Of a stretch of 32,000 nucleotides of DNA, positions 18,452 through 27,346 are shown one piece after another (the first letter of the stretch is position 1; every line of letters starts with the position of its first letter). Location: NCBI GenBank assembly GCA_038826135.1, contig JAWBON010000001.1, forward strand, positions 22,812 to 54,811. The letters run 5' to 3'. Source of the DNA: Candidatus Odinarchaeota archaeon (GTDB lineage: Archaea > Asgardarchaeota > Odinarchaeia > Odinarchaeales > Odinarchaeaceae). A program made the position numbers and the translations under genes. The notes beneath the pieces were generated by a model, which was not told the DNA's origin, did no database searches, and saw only the letters and a program-made list of their open reading frames with translations.

Positions 18452-18688
18452 TTATTTAAGTCTTTTTATAAGATACACCCAGTAGCCTTCTTTCTCCTCG
18501 ACTTTAAGTAACTGGTTTCCTGTTCTCTCAGCCCATCTTGGAAAATCCTCTTTCGAACCCGGATCTGTTGACCATACTTCTAGGGTTTCACCTACATTTA
18601 TGCTCTGTATCTCTTTTTTAGTTTTTAAAATTGGTAGTGGGCATTGATCACCGCGGCAGTCTAGTTTTTTAACAGGTTTTTCACTCAT
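18452..18688 (-). CDS. tusA: TusA/SirA-family sulfur carrier protein
   Basis: LDCRGDQCPLPILKTKK (CPxP), TLEVWSTDPGS, DFPRWA. Confidence 0.93.
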   Translation of the reverse strand: MSEKPVKKLDCRGDQCPLPILKTKKEIQSINVGETLEVWSTDPGSKEDFPRWAERTGNQLLKVEEKEGYWVYLIKRLK

Positions 18689-18727
18689 TGGAATTCATCT
18701 CCAAATAATTGTTATGTCACACCACGT

Positions 18728-19174
18728 TTATATGAATAATGTGATATCCGCGTCAGCTGCCATGTCTATGAACGCTGCTGCTCCTAGAACTTTTTCAACC
18801 TCTGGAATAAGATCTTCTTTTTTAAGCCCCATAAGCTCCATTGTAGCTGAGCACGCGTATATGTGCGTGTTTCCTAACTCGACTGTTTGCTTAACAAGGT
18901 CTTTCAGATCAGGGAATCCGGCTTTCTTCATTTTACTCTTCATCATACCTGTACCTATACGCATGACTCCTGGTAGTTTAGCTGACTCTAATCCGCCTTT
19001 TTTAAGCAGATTTAGCCCCCAGAAAGTGAAGAATAAGTGTGTTTCAATATCTGATGCGCCGGCTGCTGCTGCTAATATGAATGGTGGATAAGCTTTATCT
19101 AATGTACCGCTGTGGACGATTATACACATTTTCTTGTTTTTTTCAGTTTTATTCATCTTGGTTTTCCCGCTCAC
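18728..19174 (-). CDS. DsrE2/YrkE-like (DsrE/F superfamily) sulfur-transfer protein
   Basis: HSGTLDKAYPPFILAAAA, LFFTFWGL, YACSATMELMG. Start placed at the GTG at 19174 from SD spacing (ORF track 19183). Confidence 0.85.
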   Translation of the reverse strand: MSGKTKMNKTEKNKKMCIIVHSGTLDKAYPPFILAAAAGASDIETHLFFTFWGLNLLKKGGLESAKLPGVMRIGTGMMKSKMKKAGFPDLKDLVKQTVELGNTHIYACSATMELMGLKKEDLIPEVEKVLGAAAFIDMAADADITLFI

Positions 19175-19298
19175 GTTTACCACCTTTTAAAATATTATTT
19201 TAATTTACATATTTATTCGTAAAGTTTTTAAATATTTCTGCTATAATTTAAATAATTTTAAAATAATAGGTTCTTAACCGAAAAATTTTTAACGGTGT

Positions 19299-19667
19299 AT
19301 GAAAATGGCGAAAATAGGTTTTCTTTTAATGACCGCCCCGTACACTCTTCAAAACTCTGACACTCTTCTAAAACTAGTTGAAACATTATTAAGCGAAGGC
19401 CACACGATAACGGGCATATACCTTTACGTGGATGGTGTTTACAACGCTAACAGAAAGATTGATCCCAAATCCCCTGAGGAGAGAAATATCCCCCAACTAT
19501 TTCAAAAACTAGCCGCTACCGGTGTTCCGGTGAAAGTGTGCCCTGTCTGCGCAAACTACAGAGGCATCGGCGAGGAGGACCTGATAGCTGGAGCTGAATT
19601 TGACGGTTTAGGCGGTTTAGCTGAAATATTCGAGGAATCTGATAAGATAATAACGTTCACTGGATAG
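19299..19667 (+). CDS. dsrE: DsrE/TusD-family sulfur relay protein
   Basis: LMTAPY, IYLYVDGVYNAN, VCPVCANYRG (active Cys), GLGGLAE. Confidence 0.85.
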   Translation: MKMAKIGFLLMTAPYTLQNSDTLLKLVETLLSEGHTITGIYLYVDGVYNANRKIDPKSPEERNIPQLFQKLAATGVPVKVCPVCANYRGIGEEDLIAGAEFDGLGGLAEIFEESDKIITFTG

Positions 19668-19674
19668 TGGTAAT

Positions 19675-20034
19675 ATGGATTCAGCTATAATAGTGTTCAG
19701 TAAAAGCCCCTACGGTCATATTAATATTATCGAGGGTGCTAGAGTCGCTCAAGGCCTACTTGTATTAGATAAAAATGTGGCGTGCGTGTTTACAGATGAT
19801 GGTGTGATAAGCTTACTAAAAAACCAGGAACCATCAGCGATAGGTGTGAACCCTGTTAAAATAGTGTTAACGTACTTGGTGAACTTGGGGGTTGAATTCT
19901 ACGCGCTGAAACACTCACTAGATGAAAGAGGATTAAGTAAATCAATGTTAGAGGACCAGTATAATGTTAAAATAATAAATTTAGATGAATTCACAGTTAT
20001 CCAGGATAAATTTGATACCGTGATATTCTTTTAG
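19675..20034 (+). CDS. dsrF: DsrF/TusC-family sulfur relay protein
   Basis: KSPYG, VFTDDGVISLLKNQEP, HSLDERGL. Directly follows dsrE. Confidence 0.85.
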   Translation: MDSAIIVFSKSPYGHINIIEGARVAQGLLVLDKNVACVFTDDGVISLLKNQEPSAIGVNPVKIVLTYLVNLGVEFYALKHSLDERGLSKSMLEDQYNVKIINLDEFTVIQDKFDTVIFF

Positions 20035-20045
20035 GAGAGACCGTT

Positions 20046-20372
20046 ATGAAGTCAACACTATATCTCTGTAATAAATCCCCTTATAATGTGAAAGGGTTTG
20101 AAACTCTTTTAAAAATGGTGAACGCTCAAGCAAACCGTGGGGTTAAAACCGGGCTAGCGCTTTTACAAGACGCTGTGGCCTGCATCACAGGGGAAGCTTC
20201 TAAAAAACTTAATGAGCTTTCAAAATCAGTGAAAATATATATTTTATTAGAGGATGTTAAGGCTAGGGGATTAGCGGATTTGAATTCAATAAGCTCTCCA
20301 GTCCTTGTAACATACAAGGAACTGGTGAACATCATAGTGAAAGAGTATGATCGTATTGTAAACTATTTATAA
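20046..20372 (+). CDS. dsrH: DsrH/TusB-family sulfur relay protein
   Basis: NKSPY, LLQDAV, LLEDVKARGL, VTYKELVNII. Third gene of the EFH triad. Confidence 0.85.
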   Translation: MKSTLYLCNKSPYNVKGFETLLKMVNAQANRGVKTGLALLQDAVACITGEASKKLNELSKSVKIYILLEDVKARGLADLNSISSPVLVTYKELVNIIVKEYDRIVNYL

Positions 20373-20381
20373 AATGAGTAA

Positions 20382-20828
20382 GTGAGAAGATTGAAGCTCG
20401 ATGAAAGAGATCAAAAGATAATAGAGATCTTAAAGAATAATGCTAGAACACCAGTTAAAGAAATAGCTGGGAAACTAGGCTTATCAGTTTCAACTGTTAG
20501 TTTAAGAATTAAAAACCTGGTTAAAAAAAATATTATAAAAGGGTTTAAAACTGTGATAAACCAGGCGCTTATAGAGGATGCCTGTCAGCTAGTTTTAGAG
20601 ATCGCTGCGGATAAAGCTGAGAACATTAATGAACTGGGTAAAGCGTTAAGCGCTAAAGAGAATATCTGCCTTGTTTTAAACATCACAGGGGAGTATGACT
20701 TTCTCGTCTTCAGCAAGTGTAAAGATTCGCTTGAAGGAGCCGCCTTCTTAAACGAGCTTAGGAAATTGAAAGGTGTTTCTAAAATCAAATCCCACTATGT
20801 TCTGCAGAAGTTGAAAGTCGAGTTTTAA
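20382..20828 (+). CDS. Lrp/AsnC-family transcriptional regulator
   Basis: LDERDQKIIEILKNNARTPVKEIAGKLGLSVSTVSLRIKNL HTH and a RAM domain with ITGEYDF. Confidence 0.93.
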   Translation: MRRLKLDERDQKIIEILKNNARTPVKEIAGKLGLSVSTVSLRIKNLVKKNIIKGFKTVINQALIEDACQLVLEIAADKAENINELGKALSAKENICLVLNITGEYDFLVFSKCKDSLEGAAFLNELRKLKGVSKIKSHYVLQKLKVEF

Positions 20829-20891
20829 CTAAAAGTTTTTAAAAAACGTAGTGTAATCAGTTATACTAAGAGTTTTATACGAGGCGTGTTG

Positions 20892-23800
20892 ATGGCGGCT
20901 TTAATCGCAGATGTTAAAGCTACTTTTTCGAAAGGTAATGAGAAATGGGTTTGGGAGAAAAAAACAGACGGCTGGGTTTTAGAAGGCATATATCTGGGTG
21001 GTAAAAAACTCGGATGGGAGAAAACCCCCGGTAACCTAATCGTCTACGAAAATAATTCAATAGTAAATTATAAACTTATCTTCGATCAAGTACAGGAAAC
21101 CCCGGATGGGTTAGTATTCTCTGGTTCAAATGAATTATACGAGGTTAAAAAAATCTGGTTTTTCGGTGAAGATACACCTAAACTTGTATTCGCGTTTAAA
21201 GCTAAGAAGCGTCTTGAAATAGATCTTTTAGAAGCTCCTGTTCTCATATACGCTCCTAAAAACCTCCTGTATTCCTTCATCGGCGGTTTAAGATACTCGA
21301 AGAACAGTTCATTCGATGTTGTAAACCGAGTATTCAATTTCCCCTATCCTTTTTCAACATATTATAAGGTGAAGATACCTCCCAGAGAGATAAACGGCTC
21401 CTGGTATAGAAGCTTAATATATTGTAAAATGCCTTTAGCCCTATATAATTCACGCAAATACTATTTTGGATTAATATTTAACCCTGTGGAGAAAACCAGT
21501 TCGGGAAGAGAGCTACTACACTCCATAAGATTTGATGGAGCCGGGTTAAAAACAGAAAACACAGTGTCCCTATCCTACTGCACTCATATGGTATATTCGA
21601 AGAGAAACATTTGGCTTGGACTGCCTTCTAAACCACGCCGTTTAAAAATCACGCTCAACCCTTTAGAAGAGGTTTACACAACTGTCAACTTCATATACGG
21701 TCTCGGTAAATGGTATGAGGCTGTGGAAAAATTCTTTAAAGTAAATCCTTTAACGGAACCACACCTGACCGTTGACCCTAAAACCGTGGCTTCTAAAACT
21801 AAAAACGCTTTCTGGAGAGCTTGGGAGAGCAGGCTTAAAACATTTCTGCAATTACCTTTTAAGCGAAGCCCGGGATTCTTACTCGAAAACCTTCTCTTCT
21901 CTCTCACATCATTCGACGCGGAGCGTCTCTCCAATTTCTACGACTATTATACTTTGACAGGTGACCGCGTATTCAAATACTGGGTTAACTGTTTGAGAAG
22001 TAATCTTCTAAGCAGGCGTGTAATAGAAGTTAAAAACAACTATAAAATATGGCATAATGGAATAGCTTTTAACGGCGTGACCGGTGAAGGTTATACTTAT
22101 CTCTGGACAGGTTACGCCGGTTACCCTGGCGGTCAAGCCACCATAGTCTTCCGCCTATTAGAATACTATTCTAAAAAGCTTCAAACAAGCGGTCTATCCG
22201 ACCAGCGGGTTTTAAATAATGCATTAGACGGTTTAGACTGGATTCTCTCAACACAGAAGCGTAACGGCGCCTGGAGGAGTGCTTTAAAAATATTTAGAGA
22301 ATACCCGGCTAGGAGAATCGACTACTCTCTTCAGGAATCGGTTGGTGGAAGCGCTGAATGCATAAGAGCTTTAATATTAGCTTTTAAACTGACAAGGGAT
22401 AGAAAATACAGAGATGCTGCTGTGAACGGTTTAAAATGGCTTAACGGTAAAGGAGAGTCCGTTCTAGGATATAACTATCTACGCGACGCTGGTGTATACG
22501 AAGAGGAGGGGATCTCTGCAATAGTGGCTGCTCAAGCTAATCTAGACGCTTATGAAGCTTTTCAAGACGACATATACTATAAATACTCGCTGATATGGGG
22601 TAAATATCTTTTAACATGGCATTATCTATGGGAGTCTGAAAGGTTAAAGATCAGGTTCGGCTTCGACCCATTATCGTGGTCAATAACACCTAGAGTAGCC
22701 CCATACGAGACCGCTATGGTCTTATCAGTATACTCTAGATTATACAAGCTCACTGGGGATGATTTCTGGAAGAAAATATTTATTCAAACATACAATAAGC
22801 TTTCAGAATTCCAGGAGTCTGACGGCGGCTTAAGTGAAACATACTTTTTCAACTATCTAAAAGGATTAGCGGAAATCCCTGTTCAACAAACATTCGCCGC
22901 TAACGAATTACTAAAAGCGTCAATACAGTACATGAACCTTGACAGTGTTATAAAATTTAATGTTGAAGGGGATAAGATAATAATAATTGAGAGAAACAAT
23001 CTTCTTAAAGAAATAATTCGAACAGGTAACATTCTCCAGGTAAAATTATCAAACAACTCTGATCACATAAGTCAACCGTTTAAACTCGTATCCAACATCC
23101 TAGATAAGAGCACAGTGTTCATCGCAGATAAAGAGGTCGCTTCCAGAAGAGGGTGTGAAGTCTACGGGCTTATGGTTAACGCTAAATCCGATACTCAGAT
23201 CACTATTAAAATGGAACCCTCTAAATCACCGTCACTAACCATGTATGGTGTAGAAGATTATTCAGCCGCTTATGATAGTAAGACTGGTTTATTAAAATTG
23301 GAATACACTGGTGGACAACCGCGATTAAATCTTATAAAAACCAGCCCGGGAAAAATATTTTTAACACTTGACCGTGATAAAGCAACTCTTATAGAGCTCC
23401 CCGGTGAAAAATTGAAAACTGTTAAAGTAAATCTCCCGCCAGGGCATCACACAGCTGAATTAAGTTTTTCAGATAAAACTGAGCTGAGAGACTGGGCTGA
23501 TACCGATTCAAGTATTAGAATACCTTTGTTAATATACCCTAAATTAATATCGAATAAAAGTGAAAGCCTGGTAAGGCTTAAAGCTGATAAAATTATACAG
23601 AGTGCTCCATTCCAGATTAAAAAATCGCTTATAAAATTTCTAAGAGGGAAAGAAGAGATCCCGTTCTATATTCCAGGTAAATCAGAAATACTTGAAAGCC
23701 AGGATGAGATTATATTAAAACTTAGATTAGATAAACCCGCTGTAAAAATTCACATGTATTACGGGTCTCAGAGCAGGTTTAAGCCTGAATCAGATTTGAA

Positions 23801-25805
23801 AGCTAACCTTGAAAAAGGCTGGCTTAACGTATTTGTAAAAGACGGTGCCAGGTGGATTAATCAGTTTACTATAAACAGGTTTGAAAAACCTGAGATAGTA
23901 TTCAACAGCGACTCATCTCATAGTGTAAGCTTAAAACTATCCTTCTGGGACGCTTACTCTAAAACCTCTAGGTTTTTAACCGGTATTCGCAAGGCTTTAA
24001 GAAAATACAGTTTAAGGCTTCTACTAGGTTTAGAAAACATAAGGGATCTATTATACGGCGTAGCTGATAGAAAAATTTCTGATACATTACGTGTTCAGAG
24101 CCTTGAAAAATTCAAGGTGAATAAATACTCTCTTCAAGCGGATTGCAACCCTGCTTTAAACTGTCTAATAGCGGATTACCGGTTTGAAACAGATCTCCAC
24201 AGGGTTATAGCGAAAATATACGTTTTAAAAAATAATAATAGCTTATATTTGGTTTTTAACCCCTTGAAAATCCGTGTTATGCAGGAGGATCTTAAAAGAA
24301 CCTGGCAGTCTCTCACACCGTTGATAACAGGCGACATTAAAGATTTCAAAAGCATCTCAACCAACGAGCTGCAGTTAACATTGAATAACGGTAAATCCAT
24401 TAAATGGATGATATTTGACAGTGATAGGACAACAGGCACAGCTATGGGGGCTATTAGATCAAATGTAAACAGTGTAGGCGTGGATGTCTCTCTTAAAACA
24501 AACTGGGTTCACGCCGGTGAATACTATCAGTATAGTTCTCTTATAGTGGAGGATGGTAAACAAGCAGTGGAGGGTGTGAATCATCTGGAGTATTTATGTA
24601 ATTTTTCATCAACAGATTATATTGCAGGAGCCGTGCAAACGCGTAAACCAGGGTTAGCAGCTGAATTAACAACACCTCAGACGATGACTGTTAAACCGTT
24701 AAAGATTGCTTTAATATATCCTGGAGCCGCTCACGGAATATACCATTATGTGCGTCATCTTAGAAATATGTTGAAGAAACAGGGTTTAATAGTGAAAGGA
24801 TTCTATTTCCCGGAGGAGAAGGTTACCAAGCCTATGATGAGTGATGATAAACCTTTAACAGTTAAATTGAAGATAGGTGAATTCTACTTTGTTTTACCTG
24901 ATAAAAAAGCATCTAACACGATTCTTGAAAAAGAATATAAGAAAGACCCGTTTGATATAATTCACCTTCACTGGCCTACCACAACCTGGGATAGTTATGT
25001 TTTCGAATTCGCGGAGAAGTATAGGCTTCCTTTATGCGTTAACCTGCACTACGCTCTATCACTTAGAGATGACGCTTACGGTCTTCTATCCCGGTTAATG
25101 TATAATATTAGTAAGCGCTACCTCAGGAAAAGTGATAGAATAGTTGTCACATCTAAAGCTCAGGAAAACTTTGTTAAAAGTTTAGGTTACCCTTCAGTCA
25201 CCCATATACCCACAGGGGTTGACGTCAACTATTTTAAACCCTGTGTGAAATTACCTAGTAAAATTAAAACTATACTATATGTCGGGCGAATCTCACCTGA
25301 GAAAAACGTTGAAGCCTTGATTAAAGCCTTTAAAAAATGTGATTTTAAAGGTGTACGCCTAGTTCTTGTTGGGAAGGGGCCTTTATTGAAACGGTTGAGA
25401 AGCAAGTATATTGGCGGCGATGTTTTATTCACCGGATATATCTCCGAAGCGGAGAAGCTTAAGTACTTGCAGAATTCAGATCTATTTGTAACAGCGACTA
25501 AAATGGAGTTGATGAGTATAGCTGTTCTTGAAGCTATGGCTGCGGGTCTACCTGTAGTAACCTCCAGGCTTGAAGCGTTCGAAGAATTCGTCACCAGAGA
25601 TGTGGGGAGAATGATAGAGTTAAACAAGGATTTTGAAGATAATCTAGCCGCTACTATGAAAGAGTTAATTGGCAACGATCGTTTAAGGGCTGCTATGGGT
25701 AAAGCTGCTCGGGAGAAAGCTGTCAGACTATGCTCATGGGATATTATAGGCGCCAAGTTTAAGAAACTGTACGAAAGTATGGTTCAACCCCATGTTAATC
25801 GTTAA
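20892..25805 (+). CDS. Large multidomain protein: beta-rich N-terminus, (alpha/alpha)6 six-hairpin glycosidase-like barrel, beta-rich middle, C-terminal GT4 glycosyltransferase
   Basis: The GT4 domain (from about 24684) has LKIALIYP, DIIHLH, ILYVGRISPEKNV, LVLVGKGP, ELMSIAVLEAMAAGLPVV (EX7E). The barrel has repeats such as AFKLTRDRKYRDAA, LYKLTGDDFW, QKRNGAW and QESDGG. GAGG lies 7 nt before the ATG at 20892 (ORF track 20886). Confidence 0.85.
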   Translation: MAALIADVKATFSKGNEKWVWEKKTDGWVLEGIYLGGKKLGWEKTPGNLIVYENNSIVNYKLIFDQVQETPDGLVFSGSNELYEVKKIWFFGEDTPKLVFAFKAKKRLEIDLLEAPVLIYAPKNLLYSFIGGLRYSKNSSFDVVNRVFNFPYPFSTYYKVKIPPREINGSWYRSLIYCKMPLALYNSRKYYFGLIFNPVEKTSSGRELLHSIRFDGAGLKTENTVSLSYCTHMVYSKRNIWLGLPSKPRRLKITLNPLEEVYTTVNFIYGLGKWYEAVEKFFKVNPLTEPHLTVDPKTVASKTKNAFWRAWESRLKTFLQLPFKRSPGFLLENLLFSLTSFDAERLSNFYDYYTLTGDRVFKYWVNCLRSNLLSRRVIEVKNNYKIWHNGIAFNGVTGEGYTYLWTGYAGYPGGQATIVFRLLEYYSKKLQTSGLSDQRVLNNALDGLDWILSTQKRNGAWRSALKIFREYPARRIDYSLQESVGGSAECIRALILAFKLTRDRKYRDAAVNGLKWLNGKGESVLGYNYLRDAGVYEEEGISAIVAAQANLDAYEAFQDDIYYKYSLIWGKYLLTWHYLWESERLKIRFGFDPLSWSITPRVAPYETAMVLSVYSRLYKLTGDDFWKKIFIQTYNKLSEFQESDGGLSETYFFNYLKGLAEIPVQQTFAANELLKASIQYMNLDSVIKFNVEGDKIIIIERNNLLKEIIRTGNILQVKLSNNSDHISQPFKLVSNILDKSTVFIADKEVASRRGCEVYGLMVNAKSDTQITIKMEPSKSPSLTMYGVEDYSAAYDSKTGLLKLEYTGGQPRLNLIKTSPGKIFLTLDRDKATLIELPGEKLKTVKVNLPPGHHTAELSFSDKTELRDWADTDSSIRIPLLIYPKLISNKSESLVRLKADKIIQSAPFQIKKSLIKFLRGKEEIPFYIPGKSEILESQDEIILKLRLDKPAVKIHMYYGSQSRFKPESDLKANLEKGWLNVFVKDGARWINQFTINRFEKPEIVFNSDSSHSVSLKLSFWDAYSKTSRFLTGIRKALRKYSLRLLLGLENIRDLLYGVADRKISDTLRVQSLEKFKVNKYSLQADCNPALNCLIADYRFETDLHRVIAKIYVLKNNNSLYLVFNPLKIRVMQEDLKRTWQSLTPLITGDIKDFKSISTNELQLTLNNGKSIKWMIFDSDRTTGTAMGAIRSNVNSVGVDVSLKTNWVHAGEYYQYSSLIVEDGKQAVEGVNHLEYLCNFSSTDYIAGAVQTRKPGLAAELTTPQTMTVKPLKIALIYPGAAHGIYHYVRHLRNMLKKQGLIVKGFYFPEEKVTKPMMSDDKPLTVKLKIGEFYFVLPDKKASNTILEKEYKKDPFDIIHLHWPTTTWDSYVFEFAEKYRLPLCVNLHYALSLRDDAYGLLSRLMYNISKRYLRKSDRIVVTSKAQENFVKSLGYPSVTHIPTGVDVNYFKPCVKLPSKIKTILYVGRISPEKNVEALIKAFKKCDFKGVRLVLVGKGPLLKRLRSKYIGGDVLFTGYISEAEKLKYLQNSDLFVTATKMELMSIAVLEAMAAGLPVVTSRLEAFEEFVTRDVGRMIELNKDFEDNLAATMKELIGNDRLRAAMGKAAREKAVRLCSWDIIGAKFKKLYESMVQPHVNR

Positions 25806-25816
25806 AAACTATCCGC

Positions 25817-26833
25817 CTATGTTTGCTCCATGTTTTTAATTATTTCCACGGTGAATTCTTTAGTTGACAGGGTTCCACCGATATCCGGGGTTTTTTTACC
25901 TTGAGCTAGGGTTTTGATTAAGGCTTTTTCAATTTTTTCAGCTGAAACCGACGCTTCACGGTCGCCGTGTTTTAAACCAATCCAATCTAGCATCATCTTT
26001 GCACTGAGTATCATCGCGGTTGGATTCGCATAGTTCTTATTTTTCATGCTGAAAGCCGCGCCGTGGACTGGTTCAAACATGCCTTTATCCTCACTTAGAT
26101 TCGCACCCGGACATAGACCTAAACCACCCTGCACCCATGAGGCTAAATCACTTAGAATATCACCGAACATGTTCTCAGTTAATATCACATCGAACTGTGA
26201 GGGGTTTTTAACTAGTTGATATGCACAGTTGTCCACGTACATTTCATTAATCTCTATCCCCGGATAGTTTTTACCAATATTTCTGCATATGTTTCTGAAG
26301 AACACGTCTGAGATTAAAACATTTGATTTATCCACTATGGTTAGTTTTCCTCTTCTCCTCGAAGCCTGCTCGCACGCGATTCTCATAATTCTCTCAGTAG
26401 CTTTCCTGGTTATTAGACGCGTGTTAAAAGCGAAATCCTCTTGAAGAGTCTCTATCCTAGAGTATAATCCCTCAGAGTTCTCTCTTACAATAAGCAGATT
26501 AACCTCTTCACCCTCATATAATCTGGATTTGACTCCCGGCAGGCTTCTAGCAGGTCTCAGGTTTACGAAGAGGCCTAACCCCTGTCTTAAAGGTAAAACC
26601 ACTTCTTTAGCAGTCTCCCCTGAAGGGCCTTTTAATATAAGCTCGCTTTCAGCCGCCGCGTTCAAGGTTTCTTTAGGCATAGCTGAACCGTATTTCTCCG
26701 CAGCCGCATCTCCAGCTTCGTAAAATGAGAATTCGAATCTCAAATTCGTGTTCTTTAAAACCTCTACAGCGGATTCAACTATACTTGGACCTATACCATC
26801 TCCCGGGATAACCATAACCTTGTATGTTCTCAT
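25817..26833 (-). CDS. leuB: 3-isopropylmalate dehydrogenase (isocitrate/isopropylmalate dehydrogenase family)
   Basis: IPGDGIG, LFVNLRP, VRENSEG, DKSNV, ENMFGDILSD, FEPVHG, ANPTAMILS. The leuB call rests on linkage with leuCD. Confidence 0.85.
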   Translation of the reverse strand: MRTYKVMVIPGDGIGPSIVESAVEVLKNTNLRFEFSFYEAGDAAAEKYGSAMPKETLNAAAESELILKGPSGETAKEVVLPLRQGLGLFVNLRPARSLPGVKSRLYEGEEVNLLIVRENSEGLYSRIETLQEDFAFNTRLITRKATERIMRIACEQASRRRGKLTIVDKSNVLISDVFFRNICRNIGKNYPGIEINEMYVDNCAYQLVKNPSQFDVILTENMFGDILSDLASWVQGGLGLCPGANLSEDKGMFEPVHGAAFSMKNKNYANPTAMILSAKMMLDWIGLKHGDREASVSAEKIEKALIKTLAQGKKTPDIGGTLSTKEFTVEIIKNMEQT

Positions 26834-26836
26834 ATT

Positions 26837-27346
26837 TTAACCTCTAACCTTGAATAATCTGTTTTTAAGATAGTTTACAAGACCACCGGCGTTTAATATC
26901 TCCATAAGGAACCCCGGTATCGGCTTCGCGTTCAAGCTTTCACCGTTAGATAAATTTTTTATCTCACCCGTGTCTAGGTTAACGCTCAGAGTATCCCCTT
27001 CACCTGTTATATTCGATATTCCTTCAGCTATTATCGCCGGTAATCCGATGTTAATAGAGTTCCTGTAGAATATTCTAGCTATTGAATCAGCTAGTATTAG
27101 TTTAATACCGGACTCTTTTAAAACTTCAGGAGCCTGCTGTCTGGAGCTGCCGGAGCCGAAGTTTCTACCAGCGACGATTATCTGAGCGCCTTGAGCAATT
27201 TTCTTATGGAATTCAGGGTCAATAGTCTCCATAGCATATTTCGCCATTAAGTTAATATTACTGCCGTAAACAAGTCTGTGACCGGCGATTATAACATCCG
27301 TGTCTATGTGGTCACCGTACTTGATTACTTTACTTTTAATCATCAT
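26837..27346 (-). CDS. leuD: 3-isopropylmalate dehydratase small subunit (archaeal LeuD/HacB type)
   Basis: GDHIDTDVII, AGRNFGSGSSRQQA, IARIFYRNSINIGLP. The substrate loop HRLVY resembles the IPMI-type YLVY rather than the homoaconitase YLRT. Confidence 0.88.
   Translation of the reverse strand: MMIKSKVIKYGDHIDTDVIIAGHRLVYGSNINLMAKYAMETIDPEFHKKIAQGAQIIVAGRNFGSGSSRQQAPEVLKESGIKLILADSIARIFYRNSINIGLPAIIAEGISNITGEGDTLSVNLDTGEIKNLSNGESLNAKPIPGFLMEILNAGGLVNYLKNRLFKVRG

Noticed and set aside
18380-18511. 43-codon plus-strand ORF (MATGDFVKFLAL...) after a TATATAAA
   Set aside because: The TATA is only about 12 nt from the ATG, the SD is poor, and it overlaps tusA in antisense.
21800-22940. QxxxGxW motifs suggesting a squalene/oxidosqualene cyclase or prenyltransferase
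   Set aside because: There is no DxDD catalytic motif and only two QW-like repeats. The helix-hairpin repeats fit six-hairpin glycosidase-like barrels better.
15705-25805. Accessory block considered as an integrated mobile element or provirus
   Set aside because: I saw no integrase, transposase, terminal repeats, tRNA attachment site or viral hallmark genes.
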